Shown piece after piece: positions 51,766 to 61,744 of a DNA stretch of 64,000 nt. The position numbers and the translations under genes are program-made. Source of the stretch: an uncultured Clostridia bacterium (GTDB taxonomy: Bacteria > Bacillota > Clostridia > TANB77 > CAG-508); NCBI GenBank assembly GCA_944386655.1, contig CALXBX010000009.1, forward strand, positions 67,833 through 131,832, given 5' to 3'. The notes below the pieces were generated by a model. It did not search any database. It saw nothing but the letters and a program-made list of their open reading frames with translations, and was not told where the DNA came from. Numbering within the stretch: position 1 is the stretch's first letter; every line of letters begins with the position of its first letter.

Positions 51766-51860
51766 AAATGGTGTATACTAAATAAGCTAATTAGTGTATC
51801 ATTGGTAAAAAAAGGTACACATTATGTCGTTTGAAATTGCAAATATGTTGGAGGGGAAAC

Positions 51861-52079
51861 ATGGCAAAGGAAGATGTAATTGAAGTGGAAGGAACGGTAG
51901 TGGAAGCATTACCTAATACGAATTTTAAAGTGGAATTAGAAAATGGGCATCAAATATTAGCTCATATTTCAGGAAAATTGAGGATGAATTATATTAAAAT
52001 ATTGCCAGGAGATAAAGTAAAAGTAGAGCTTTCACCATATGACCTAACAAGAGGTAGAATTACATGGAGAGCTAAATAA
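51861..52079 (+). CDS. infA: translation initiation factor IF-1
   Basis: [30 protein letters not shown]…. Confidence 0.9.
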   Translation: MAKEDVIEVEGTVVEALPNTNFKVELENGHQILAHISGKLRMNYIKILPGDKVKVELSPYDLTRGRITWRAK

Positions 52080-52135
52080 ACTTTGATTAACCCAAAATAA
52101 TATAAATATAACATCTAAACAGGAGGTGTATAAGG

Positions 52136-52249
52136 ATGAAAGTAAGAGCATCAGTAAAGAAAATATGTGACAAATGCAAAATTATTAAAAGAAAAGGTGT
52201 GATTAGGGTAATATGCGAAAACCCAAAACACAAACAAAGACAAGGGTAA
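52136..52249 (+). CDS. rpmJ: 50S ribosomal protein L36 (zinc form, 37 aa)
   Basis: [37 protein letters not shown]; RBS aggagg; below the ORF-track size cutoff. Confidence 0.9.
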   Translation: MKVRASVKKICDKCKIIKRKGVIRVICENPKHKQRQG

Positions 52250-52458
52250 CCAAATAAAAAATTTGATATTAACACAAGTCTAGAAGCGGCTGTAAGTTTT
52301 CTTGAGGAAAACTTATATGATAGATTTGTGTTTATATACATGTCTAAGAAAACTCTAAAGATTGGCAATCCTTAGCCAATGCATTTCACCTTTAGATGTT
52401 GAAATAGGCAAACAAAATAATAAAATGATGAAGAAAATTTGATGGAGGTGCTAAAAAC

Positions 52459-52824
52459 ATGGCTCGTATAGCAGGAGTGGATTTACCTAGAGAAAAAAGA
52501 GTAGAAATAGGTCTAACATACATTTATGGAATTGGATTAAGTAGTGCACAAAAAATTCTAAAAGAAGCAGGAGTTAATCCAGACACAAGAGTAAAAGACC
52601 TAACAGGAGATCAAGAGCAAGCAATCAGAAAAGCTATGGAAGGATACGTTGTAGAAGGAGACTTAAGAAGAGAAGTAGCTTTAAACATTAAAAGATTAAC
52701 AGAAATTGGTTGCTATAGAGGAATAAGACATAGAAGAGGTCTTCCAGTAAGAGGACAAAGAACAAAAACAAATGCTCGTACAAGAAAAGGTCCTAGAAAA
52801 TTAGTAAGTAAAAGCAAGAAATAA
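52459..52824 (+). CDS. rpsM: 30S ribosomal protein S13
   Basis: [26 protein letters not shown]…. Confidence 0.9.
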   Translation: MARIAGVDLPREKRVEIGLTYIYGIGLSSAQKILKEAGVNPDTRVKDLTGDQEQAIRKAMEGYVVEGDLRREVALNIKRLTEIGCYRGIRHRRGLPVRGQRTKTNARTRKGPRKLVSKSKK

Positions 52825-52858
52825 AGTTAAAGTGTAAATGAAGGAGGTAAGCTTTAAA

Positions 52859-53257
52859 ATGGCAAAAGCTGTAACAAAAAGAACAACACCTAGAAGAAGA
52901 GATAGAAAAAACATCGAAAAGGGTATGGCACATATACATTCTAGTTTCAATAATACAATTGTAACCATCACAGATGTACAAGGAAATGCAATTTCTTGGG
53001 CAAGTGCTGGTGAACTTGGATTTAAAGGTTCAAGAAAAAGTACACCATTTGCAGCAGGAGAAGCTGCAGAAACAGCTGCTAAAGCAGCAATGGAACATGG
53101 TCTAAAAACAGTAGAAGTATTTGTAAAAGGACCAGGTTCAGGAAGAGAAGCAGCAATTCGTTCTCTACAATCAGCAGGATTAGAAATTAGTAGCATTAAA
53201 GATGTTACACCAATCCCACATAATGGTTGTAGACCACCAAAAAGAAGAAGAGTATAG
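52859..53257 (+). CDS. rpsK: 30S ribosomal protein S11
   Basis: uS11 sequence; RBS aaggagg. Confidence 0.9.
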   Translation: MAKAVTKRTTPRRRDRKNIEKGMAHIHSSFNNTIVTITDVQGNAISWASAGELGFKGSRKSTPFAAGEAAETAAKAAMEHGLKTVEVFVKGPGSGREAAIRSLQSAGLEISSIKDVTPIPHNGCRPPKRRRV

Positions 53258-53307
53258 AAGAATCCTTTAGTGAAAAGGATAAAATTTTGAAGGAGGGAAA
53301 TTAAAAA

Positions 53308-53934
53308 ATGGCAAGATACAAAGATGAACAATGCCGTATTTGCCGTAGAGAAGGACAAAAGTTATTCTTAAAAGGTTCCAGATGTTATACAGACAAATGC
53401 AGTATTTCTAGAAGAAATTATGCACCAGGACAAAATGGACAAAAAAAGAAGAAACTTTCTGAATATGGTACACAGTTAAGAGAAAAACAAAAAACAAAAT
53501 CATACTATGGAGTTGGAGAAAGACAATTTAGAAAATATTTCGAAATGGCTTCTACTGGTAAAGGAATTACTGGTGAAAGATTATTACAAATCCTAGAAAG
53601 TAGATTAGATAATGTAGTATACAGATTAGGATATGGAAGTTCCAGAGCACAAGCTAGAATGTTAATTACACATGGAGCTTTCGAAGTAAATGGTCATAAA
53701 GTAGATATTCCATCTTACTTAGTAAAAGCAGGAGATGTGGTAAAAGTAAGAGACATTAGAAAAGATAATGGAGCAATAAAATTAAATGTAGAAGAAAATG
53801 CAGCAAGACCAGTTCCAACTTGGTTAGAAAAAGATGCAGAAACTTTAAGTGGTAAAGTAGTAAGACTTGCATCAAGAGAAGATATTGATCTTCCAATCGA
53901 AGAACATTTAATTGTAGAGCTTTACTCTAAATAA
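53308..53934 (+). CDS. rpsD: 30S ribosomal protein S4
   Basis: uS4 with N-terminal CRICRREG zinc motif. Confidence 0.9.
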   Translation: MARYKDEQCRICRREGQKLFLKGSRCYTDKCSISRRNYAPGQNGQKKKKLSEYGTQLREKQKTKSYYGVGERQFRKYFEMASTGKGITGERLLQILESRLDNVVYRLGYGSSRAQARMLITHGAFEVNGHKVDIPSYLVKAGDVVKVRDIRKDNGAIKLNVEENAARPVPTWLEKDAETLSGKVVRLASREDIDLPIEEHLIVELYSK

Positions 53935-54061
53935 TAAGATAGAAATATCTTTAAAAAATGTATATGATATTTTGAGAAGTATAGTAATAGGGGAAAAGAA
54001 AAAAAGAAAATGGGCATGAAACTAACCTTACGTATACGACTTCTAAAAATAGGAGGTAAAA

Positions 54062-55009
54062 ATGATAGAATTTGAAAGACCAAATATTAAATGCTTAGAG
54101 ATAGATAACGAAAATAATTATGCGAAATTTGTTTGTGAGCCATTAGAACGTGGTTACGGAGTAACAATAGGAAATTCTTTAAGAAGAATTTTACTTTCTT
54201 CCTTACCAGGTGCTGCTATCACAAGCGTAAAAATAGAAGGCGTAGTTCATGAGTTTTCTACTATACCTAATGTAGTAGAAGATGTACCAGAGATAATTGT
54301 GAATTTAAAACAAGTTAGATTAAAATTACATGACAATGAAGAAAAGAGCATCAGAATAGACTATAAAGGAGAAGGAGAGGTAAAAGCAGGAGACATTATT
54401 ACAGATAGTACTGTAGAAGTTTTAAATCCAGATTTACATATTGCAACTTTATCAGAAGGCGCACACCTTCAAATAGAAATGACAGCTAATATGGGAAGAG
54501 GATATAATTCTGCTGAAAAGAATAAAAAAGATAATCAACCTTTAGGAGTTTTACCAATTGACTCTATCTATACACCAGTAAAGAAAGTAAACTATGCTGT
54601 AGAAAATACAAGAGTTGGACAAAACATCGATTATGATAAATTAACGATTGAATTATGGACAGATGGAAGTTTAGCTCCTTATGAAGCATTAAGCTTGGCA
54701 GCAAAAGTAATGACTGGACATCTAGAATTATTTATCGATTTATCAGAAACTGCTAAAAATACGCAAGTAATGATAGAAAAAGAAGAAAATAAGAAAGAAA
54801 AAGTATTAGAAATGTCTATTGAGGATTTAGAATTATCTGTAAGATCCTTCAACTGCTTAAAGAGAGCAGGAATCTCTACAGTAGAAGATATTACAAATAA
54901 GACAGAAGCCGAAATGATGAAAGTGAGAAATTTAGGAAAGAAATCCTTAGATGAGGTAACTTATAAATTACATTCCTTAGGATTAGACTTTGCTAAAGAA
55001 GAAGAGTAA
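54062..55009 (+). CDS. rpoA: DNA-directed RNA polymerase subunit alpha
   Basis: RpoA NTD/CTD sequence. Confidence 0.9.
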   Translation: MIEFERPNIKCLEIDNENNYAKFVCEPLERGYGVTIGNSLRRILLSSLPGAAITSVKIEGVVHEFSTIPNVVEDVPEIIVNLKQVRLKLHDNEEKSIRIDYKGEGEVKAGDIITDSTVEVLNPDLHIATLSEGAHLQIEMTANMGRGYNSAEKNKKDNQPLGVLPIDSIYTPVKKVNYAVENTRVGQNIDYDKLTIELWTDGSLAPYEALSLAAKVMTGHLELFIDLSETAKNTQVMIEKEENKKEKVLEMSIEDLELSVRSFNCLKRAGISTVEDITNKTEAEMMKVRNLGKKSLDEVTYKLHSLGLDFAKEEE

Positions 55010-55033
55010 AATTAGAAAAAGGAGGAAACAAAG

Positions 55034-55558
55034 TTGGCAACGAATAGAAAATTAGGTAGAACAACAGACATTCGTTTAGCTATGCTAAGAAGTCAATTAA
55101 CAGATTTAATTTTGCATGAAAAAATAGAAACAACAGAAGCTAGAGCTAAAGAAGTAAAAGCAATGGCAGATAGTATAATTGCTTTAGCAGTTAAAGAAAA
55201 AGATAACTTTGAAAAAGTAAAAGTAAAAGTTGTAAAAGCAAAATTAGATAGCAAGGGAAATAAAGAAACAGAACTTGTAAAAAGCAAAAATGGTAAAGAA
55301 TATTTAAGAGTTGTAAAAGAAGAAACAACAGAAGAAAGACAAAAAGATATGCCATCTAGATTAAATGCAAGAAGAAAAATGATGAAAATGCTTAATAAAG
55401 TAAAAGACGAAAAAGGAAATAACATTGATTTACCTGCTAAATTATTTAATGAAATAGCACCAAAATACGAGGGAAGAGTTGGAGGATACACACGTATTAT
55501 CAAAACAGGACCACGTAGAGGAGATGCAGCAGAAGTAGTTATTTTACAATTAGTATAA
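55034..55558 (+). CDS. rplQ: 50S ribosomal protein L17 with about 55-aa Lys/Glu-rich internal insertion
   Basis: N-terminus [16 protein letters not shown] and C-terminus [25 protein letters not shown] canonical; 174 aa against about 120 aa typical. Confidence 0.85.
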   Translation: MATNRKLGRTTDIRLAMLRSQLTDLILHEKIETTEARAKEVKAMADSIIALAVKEKDNFEKVKVKVVKAKLDSKGNKETELVKSKNGKEYLRVVKEETTEERQKDMPSRLNARRKMMKMLNKVKDEKGNNIDLPAKLFNEIAPKYEGRVGGYTRIIKTGPRRGDAAEVVILQLV

Positions 55559-55563
55559 AGAAA

Positions 55564-55600
55564 ATGAACTTTGGGGACGTTCCTTAAAGTTCATTTTTTG
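55564..55600 (+). terminator. palindromic repeat copy g acting as rplQ terminator
   Basis: atgaactttgGGGACGTTCCttaaagttcat + tttttt. Confidence 0.75.
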
Positions 55601-55643
55601 GGAGAAAAGCCCCAGAAATATCAGAGATGATTGTGAAACTTTA

Positions 55644-55762
55644 AGAATAATGTCAAAATTATGGAAATAAGTAACCAGCAAAAAGCGAAAATAAAAAATA
55701 AGAAAAAGAAAGATAGAGGTATAATCCTTCTCGTAAGAAAGAAAAGCGAGGAGGATTTTGTC
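55644..55762 (+). promoter_or_regulatory. conserved type-B leader of pilin paralogs
   Basis: Near-identical blocks to 16359-16478; TATAAT at 55720-55725; RBS gaggagg. Confidence 0.55.
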
Positions 55763-56953
55763 ATGTCAAAACAAAAGAAAAATCAAAGAGGGATTACTTT
55801 AATTGCATTGGTGGTAACTATCATTGTGTTAATGATTTTAGCTGGTGTAAGTATTAACATGATAGTAGGAGACAATGGATTGTTAACAAAGGCACAAGAT
55901 GCAGCAGATATATATGAACAGGCAAGTAGTAATGAACAAAGTGCACTAGATAGTTTAGAAGAGATAATGAATGGATATTTAAATGATGATAATCAAGGAG
56001 AAAAAACATTAGTAGAAATGTATGACTCAGGAGAATTAAATATAGGCGATTATGTAGATTATAAAAATCCAACAAGTGGAAGTTATACAGCATATGCAAC
56101 AGACACAGGAGTGGATGATGAAGGTTTTGAATTTAACGCTTATATAACAGATCAAGTATATGATGTTTCAAATAACCAATTAAATTGGAGAGTACTAGGT
56201 AAAGATGAAACTACCGGAGGAATCAAATTAATAGCAGGAAGTCCAATGAAAAGTAATACTGTGATACAAGGAGTAGATGTGCCATATTTATTTATGTATG
56301 GAGCAAAGGCATATGTAAATGGACTAGGCATATTAAATGATATAGGAGCGCTATATAAAAATGAATATGCAATAGATGCTAGAAGTGTAAATATTGAAGA
56401 TATTAATGCTATAACTGGCGTGGAAACAGAAGAGAATATAAAAAATGTAAATTTAAGTGTATATATAAACGGACTACAGTATGGAACACCATATAATTAT
56501 ACAAATCAATATACACCAGAAAGCTGGATAAATGGCAAAAATACAACAGAAATATCAGGAACGGTTGATGGATATGCCTACTTAGTGAATACACAAATAG
56601 ATTCATATCCATATGTGACAGTATCCAATACAAGAGCTTATGAGATGTTGTTTGATAATATAGAATATCAAACAGGAAAAAATTATTGGCTGGCATCATT
56701 TGGAACATATGCTTATCAAAATTTTGTTGGATTTAGTTTAAGTATGGTTGCTGAAAATTTAAAAATTTCTAATATGAGTACCAGTGGTTGTTTTGCTGGA
56801 ATGATGTCTTTTTTTGACTCAGATGATGGTGCTAGTTATGGATATTATGCAGGCGTACGTCCAGTAGTTATTTTAAATCCTAATGTTACACAGGAGCAGA
56901 TACCAGTAATAGAAGATCAAACAGAAGAAACATGGAATGTTTCAGGAAATTGA
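55763..56953 (+). CDS. type IV pilin-like protein (paralog) inserted after rplQ
   Basis: MSKQKKNQRG/ITLIALVVTIIVLMILAGVSINMIVGDNGLLTKAQDA; about 350-aa C-terminal domain ending GVRPVVILN. Confidence 0.65.
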   Translation: MSKQKKNQRGITLIALVVTIIVLMILAGVSINMIVGDNGLLTKAQDAADIYEQASSNEQSALDSLEEIMNGYLNDDNQGEKTLVEMYDSGELNIGDYVDYKNPTSGSYTAYATDTGVDDEGFEFNAYITDQVYDVSNNQLNWRVLGKDETTGGIKLIAGSPMKSNTVIQGVDVPYLFMYGAKAYVNGLGILNDIGALYKNEYAIDARSVNIEDINAITGVETEENIKNVNLSVYINGLQYGTPYNYTNQYTPESWINGKNTTEISGTVDGYAYLVNTQIDSYPYVTVSNTRAYEMLFDNIEYQTGKNYWLASFGTYAYQNFVGFSLSMVAENLKISNMSTSGCFAGMMSFFDSDDGASYGYYAGVRPVVILNPNVTQEQIPVIEDQTEETWNVSGN

Positions 56954-57171
56954 GACTCAAACATCCATAAAAACGGATTGTGAAGCTGTAACTTTGAGAG
57001 AAAAGCTGTATAGATGTTTTAAGTTATATCCCACTTAATCCCCTCGCATTTTTAGATATGTTTCAGAAATGTAGAGGCTTTAAGTGGGATATAACTTTTA
57101 TTTTCAAAAACTTGCTATTTTCTATCAAATATAGTAAAATAGCAATAGAAAAAAGAAGAGGAAAAGAGAAA

Positions 57172-57945
57172 ATGCAAAAGTTTTTTGTAGAAGAAAATCA
57201 AATAGACAGAAATCAAGTAGTTATTCAAGGTACCGATGTGAACCATATAAAAAATGTGCTTAGAATGAAAACAGGAGATATTCTCTTAGTAGGAAATAAG
57301 CAAACAAAAGAAACTTATTTGGTAGAAATAACAAGTGTGCAGGCAGAAAATATTGGGTGTAAAATCAAAGAAAAACAGCAGGAAAAGAAAGAGCAAGTAG
57401 CAATAACTTTATATCAAGGATTGCCAAAAGCAGATAAATTGGAATGGATTATACAGAAAACTACAGAAATAGGAATACATAGTATTGTACCTGTTATCAC
57501 AGAAAGAACTATTGTAAAATTAGACCCAAAAGATAAAACAAAAAAGCAAGATAGATGGCAGAAAATAGCAGAAGTGGCTGCGAAACAATGCAAAAGAAGT
57601 GATATACCAGAAATAAAAGGTATACGAACATTAGAAGAAATAGGACAAGATATAAAAGAATACGATATATTTTTGATTGCTTATGAAGAAGAAAAAGCAA
57701 ATACGTTAAAATATTGTTTAAGAAGAAGCATAGAATTAGAGAAAGAAATAAAAAATGTAGGGATATTTATTGGACCTGAAGGAGGAGTTTCCATAAGAGA
57801 GATAGAAAAGTTAAAGTCTTATGGAGAAAACGTAAAATGTGTTACCTTAGGGGATAATATTTTAAGAACAGAAACTGCTCCTATGGTAATGCTAGCAAAT
57901 ATCTTATATGAATTTATGGATGGAAAAGGCGAAAAAGGTTACTAG
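57172..57945 (+). CDS. rsmE: 16S rRNA (uracil1498-N3)-methyltransferase
   Basis: RsmE PUA + SPOUT sequence (…IFIGPEGGVSIREIE…). Confidence 0.8.
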   Translation: MQKFFVEENQIDRNQVVIQGTDVNHIKNVLRMKTGDILLVGNKQTKETYLVEITSVQAENIGCKIKEKQQEKKEQVAITLYQGLPKADKLEWIIQKTTEIGIHSIVPVITERTIVKLDPKDKTKKQDRWQKIAEVAAKQCKRSDIPEIKGIRTLEEIGQDIKEYDIFLIAYEEEKANTLKYCLRRSIELEKEIKNVGIFIGPEGGVSIREIEKLKSYGENVKCVTLGDNILRTETAPMVMLANILYEFMDGKGEKGY

Positions 57946-58041
57946 GTTACCTTTTTCGAATTATCAGAAAAAACAATAATTTTATATAAAAAATACTTTT
58001 GGAGAAAAACCTAAATTTCAGAAGAAAGGAAATTAAGTTTA

Positions 58042-58743
58042 GTGAAAAAGAAACAAGAAAGCAAAAGAGAAGAAGAGAAAAAAATAACAGAGAAAGAGCA
58101 AAAAGAAAAAAAAGTAGAAGAAACAAATAAGCAAGCAAATGATATAGAAGAGAATGCAAAAAAGAAAGAAATAGAGCCAGATACAATAGAAGAAACAGAA
58201 GAAATTATTATTCAAGAAGCAGAACAAAATAGTTTAATTGACCAAAAAGCATTAGAACAAAAACAGCTAGAGGCAATAGAAAATGAAAGAAAAAAACAAA
58301 AAACAATTTCCAAAGTAAGAAAAGAAAAGATCGATAAAAATATTTTAGAAAATCTTTGTTTTGGTATAGCTTTTCTTTTCTATTTTATCTTTTTAAATTT
58401 AGGGGCAATGCATATTAGACCAGAAGTATATTTAGTAGATTTAAAAGTATTTAGTTTAGTTTCTATTGCTATTACCATAGGCACTTACGAAAGAGCTTAT
58501 CATAAAGATAGTGGAAGAATTGCTATTCACGGAATAGAACTAATGGTGCTTTCTATTATTACGCTAATAGCCTTATACATTCAACAAACCTATCCAGCTA
58601 TATTAACAGACATTTTAAATGCAGTAGCTGTATTATATGCCGTATATTTTGTTATGAAAAGTATTATTGTACATTTGGAAATGAAAAAAGTAGCTTTAAA
58701 AAGAGCAAGTGATATTAGAAAAATTACACATATAGAGGAATAG
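58042..58743 (+). CDS. membrane protein with Lys/Glu-rich N-terminal region
   Basis: Charged low-complexity N-terminus then 4 TM segments. Confidence 0.45.
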   Translation: MKKKQESKREEEKKITEKEQKEKKVEETNKQANDIEENAKKKEIEPDTIEETEEIIIQEAEQNSLIDQKALEQKQLEAIENERKKQKTISKVRKEKIDKNILENLCFGIAFLFYFIFLNLGAMHIRPEVYLVDLKVFSLVSIAITIGTYERAYHKDSGRIAIHGIELMVLSIITLIALYIQQTYPAILTDILNAVAVLYAVYFVMKSIIVHLEMKKVALKRASDIRKITHIEE

Positions 58744-58760
58744 AAAAGAGGTTAAACAAA

Positions 58761-59636
58761 ATGAAAAGTATGACAGGTTATGGAAGAGCAAGCCTAGAAA
58801 AAGAAAATAGAAATTATCAGATAGAAATGAAGTCCGTAAATCATAAATATAGTGATATTACCATAAAATTACCTAAAACCCTAACCTACTTAGAAGATAA
58901 AATGAAAAAGCAAATAGGAGCAAGTATTTCTAGAGGAAAAGTAGATGTATTTGTTACTTTTGAAAATAATAGTGGAGAAGGAAAAGACATTATTGTTAAC
59001 CATGAAATGGTAAAAAAATATATGAATGCTTTTTATACATTAGCAGAAGAAAATCAATTGGCACTATCTATTCCTGTTACAGAAGTTATTAAATTGCCAG
59101 AGGTTTTAAGCGTGCAGACAAAAGAAACAAAAGAGGATGTAATTGAGCAAGAAGTGATGGCATGTTTGCAAGAAGCTATCCAGCATTTTATAGAAATGAG
59201 AGAAGTAGAAGGCAGTAAAATAAAAGAGGATTTGCTAGGTAGAGTAGAGCAAGTAGAGAAAGAAATTCTAAAATTTTCTGAATATTCTGCTGGACTTGTA
59301 GAAGAATATGTAGTAAAATTAAGACAGAGAGTAAAAGATATGTTGCAATCGGATGAAATAGAAGAATCTAGAATTGCACAAGAGGCAGTTATTTTTGCAG
59401 ATAGAACATCTATTGAAGAAGAAGTAACAAGACTAAAGAGTCATGTCATGCAAATGAAGAATTTATTAGAAGAGAAAAAGCCAGTTGGTAAAAAGATGGA
59501 TTTTTTAATACAAGAAATGAATAGAGAAGTAAACACAATTGGTTCCAAATCGGCTAATTTGGAGATTACAAATTTAGTAATAGACCTAAAGACCATGTTA
59601 GAAGATATAAGAGAACAAATACAAAACATAGAATAG
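58761..59636 (+). CDS. yicC: YicC-family stress-induced protein
   Basis: MKSMTGYGRA… YicC N-terminus and DUF1732 C-terminus. Confidence 0.8.
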   Translation: MKSMTGYGRASLEKENRNYQIEMKSVNHKYSDITIKLPKTLTYLEDKMKKQIGASISRGKVDVFVTFENNSGEGKDIIVNHEMVKKYMNAFYTLAEENQLALSIPVTEVIKLPEVLSVQTKETKEDVIEQEVMACLQEAIQHFIEMREVEGSKIKEDLLGRVEQVEKEILKFSEYSAGLVEEYVVKLRQRVKDMLQSDEIEESRIAQEAVIFADRTSIEEEVTRLKSHVMQMKNLLEEKKPVGKKMDFLIQEMNREVNTIGSKSANLEITNLVIDLKTMLEDIREQIQNIE

Positions 59637-59709
59637 AAATATATCAAATGGCAAATTATTTATTCTTAAGTTTAGGAAAAATGTTTCCTAAGAAAAGGAG
59701 GTAAATTCT

Positions 59710-59979
59710 ATGCAATTAGTGAATATTGGTTTTGGAAATATTGTATCAGGTAACAGAATTATTGCTATTGTTAGTCCAGAATCTGCACCTATCAAAAGAA
59801 TTATGCAAGATGCCAGAGAAAATGGAACAGCAATTGATGCTACATATGGAAGAAAAACAAGAGCTATCCTTATTATGGATTCAGGGCATATTATATTTTC
59901 AGCTGTACAGCCAGAGACAGTAGCTGCCAGGTTTGCAAAAGAAGGAAAAGAAAGCTTAGCGTTAGATGAAAAAATTTAA
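59710..59979 (+). CDS. remA: DUF370 protein (RemA/YlzA-like)
   Basis: [31 protein letters not shown]…. Confidence 0.75.
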   Translation: MQLVNIGFGNIVSGNRIIAIVSPESAPIKRIMQDARENGTAIDATYGRKTRAILIMDSGHIIFSAVQPETVAARFAKEGKESLALDEKI

Positions 59980-59997
59980 AAGAAAGAGGGAGTTAAA

Positions 59998-60189
59998 ATG
60001 ATAGTAAAACCAACAACAGCAGAACTTATGACAAAAACAGATAGTAAATTTAGATTAGTAATTGCAACGGCAAGACGTGCAAGACAAATAGCAGCAGGAA
60101 GTGAAATACTAACAGATGTAAATGAGCAAGCACCAGTTACCATTGCTGCAAACGAAATTGCAGAGGGTAAGGTGAAAATTTTATGTTAG
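59998..60189 (+). CDS. rpoZ: RNA polymerase subunit omega
   Basis: …DSKFRLVIATARRARQIAAG…. Confidence 0.7.
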   Translation: MIVKPTTAELMTKTDSKFRLVIATARRARQIAAGSEILTDVNEQAPVTIAANEIAEGKVKILC

Positions 60190-60758
60190 TATTACTTTCG
60201 GGGGTATCAGGAGCAGGAAAAGATACCATAAAAAAAGAATTAATTAAAAGAATGGAAAATGTGGTATCTCTTCCTTCTTTTACGGATAGACCACCAAGAC
60301 CGGGAGATGTACCAGGACAAACTTACCATTTTGTATCTACTGAGGAATTTGAAACAATGATAGAAAATCAGGAACTATATGAATATAATGTACACCATGA
60401 ACATTACTATGGCACGTCTAGAAAATTGATGAACGAAAAAATACAAAGTGGAAAAATTATTGTAAAAGATATTGATGTCAATGGAGTAGAAAATTTAATT
60501 CAACTACTAAAACAAGATACCAAAGTGGTTACTATTTTTTTAAGAGTACCAAAGGATATTTTAATGAAACGTTTGCAAAGGCGTATTGATAAGCCAAGTA
60601 TTAAAGAAATACAACTTCGTTTAAATCGTTTTGATTATGAAGAGTCACGTATTGATATGTATGATTATGTGATTAAAAATAACAATTTAGAAAAGAGTGT
60701 ACAAATTATTCAAACGATTATAGAAAATGAATATGCTTTGAAAGAAGCAGAATTTTAG
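60183..60758 (+). CDS. gmk: guanylate kinase
   Basis: P-loop SGVSGAGKDT, …SFTDRPPRPGDVPGQTYHFVS…. Confidence 0.75.
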   Translation: MLVLLSGVSGAGKDTIKKELIKRMENVVSLPSFTDRPPRPGDVPGQTYHFVSTEEFETMIENQELYEYNVHHEHYYGTSRKLMNEKIQSGKIIVKDIDVNGVENLIQLLKQDTKVVTIFLRVPKDILMKRLQRRIDKPSIKEIQLRLNRFDYEESRIDMYDYVIKNNNLEKSVQIIQTIIENEYALKEAEF

Positions 60759-60883
60759 AGAAAAGCTGCAAGTGTGAGATGTACCTTGCAGTTTTATAAT
60801 ACTTGCAAAAATTATGTTTACGTGATATAATTAATTTATTCCACAATAGTGTGGAGAAAATATATATAAAGGAGGAACTAAAG

Positions 60884-61066
60884 ATGTTTGAGAAGAGGTG
60901 CATTTGCCCTAATCAGAAGTGTTTGGGAGAAGGTTATCGGGATGAGAACGGAGTACTGAGTTATCAGTGCGCTGGGAATTGCTCCTTATATAAGCAGAAA
61001 CATTCCGAAAACACAGAGACGATGCATGTTAAGCCGAGGGCCAATCGTCCGAAGGCAAAACTTTGA
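60884..61066 (+). CDS. small Cys-rich protein (60 aa) in GC-rich islet
   Basis: RBS aaggagg; CICPNQKC…CAGNC; followed by hairpin terminator ggagggaga…tctccctc at 61081-61113. Confidence 0.45.
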   Translation: MFEKRCICPNQKCLGEGYRDENGVLSYQCAGNCSLYKQKHSENTETMHVKPRANRPKAKL

Positions 61067-61218
61067 AAACTGAATAAGGTTCCGCAAGGAGGGAGAGCGT
61101 TGGTTTCTCCCTCTTTTGTATAACATTTATAAAATTGGCAAAAATAATTGACATAATATGTAAAAAATAGTATAATTACATTGTCGCAAAAAGTAAAAGC
61201 TCTAGAGAGGAGAAAATT

Positions 61219-61662
61219 ATGAAAAAACTGAATGAGGAAAATGCTCGTCGGTTGTGGTCTGAGGGTAATATTATTTGCGCTTGGACAAAGCAGAAATCCT
61301 TTGAGGTAGGCAGCTGGGAAGAGGTCTACCAGCTAAAGGATGAAGCAACAAAGAGAGGAGAAGAAGTGAACTTTTATCTACTCTCCTCACAAACAATTCC
61401 AAAGAAGGCACAAGAAATTTCTTTGGAAGAGGCTCTTGCCTTCTTTTCCAAAAAAGAAGGAGAAGAAATGCCAAAAGAAGGGAAAACGCTCCTTTGCAAA
61501 ATGGATGGCTGGGCAGGTGCTTTGAACATCATTCAAACATCCCAGCAGTGGCAGGAGCAAGAAATCAGCCAGCAAGTAGGACAGATGAAAAGGATAGTAA
61601 CCTTATACAGACAAGCTGCTATCAAAAAGAAAGGCATAAAGTTCTACAGGCTGAATGATTAG
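61219..61662 (+). CDS. hypothetical protein (147 aa), GC-rich codon usage
   Basis: RBS agaggag; higher GC than surroundings. Confidence 0.45.
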   Translation: MKKLNEENARRLWSEGNIICAWTKQKSFEVGSWEEVYQLKDEATKRGEEVNFYLLSSQTIPKKAQEISLEEALAFFSKKEGEEMPKEGKTLLCKMDGWAGALNIIQTSQQWQEQEISQQVGQMKRIVTLYRQAAIKKKGIKFYRLND

Positions 61663-61744
61663 CACTAAGGGTACCTAGAAAATCAAGATTAACGATTTTT
61701 TAGGTACCTTTTTCTTGTTTCTTCTTACAAAATTTGATATACTA

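Noticed and set aside
59726-59923. 65-aa alternate-frame ORF overlapping remA
   Set aside because: The overlapping frame encodes the conserved DUF370 protein. The alternate frame has no RBS.
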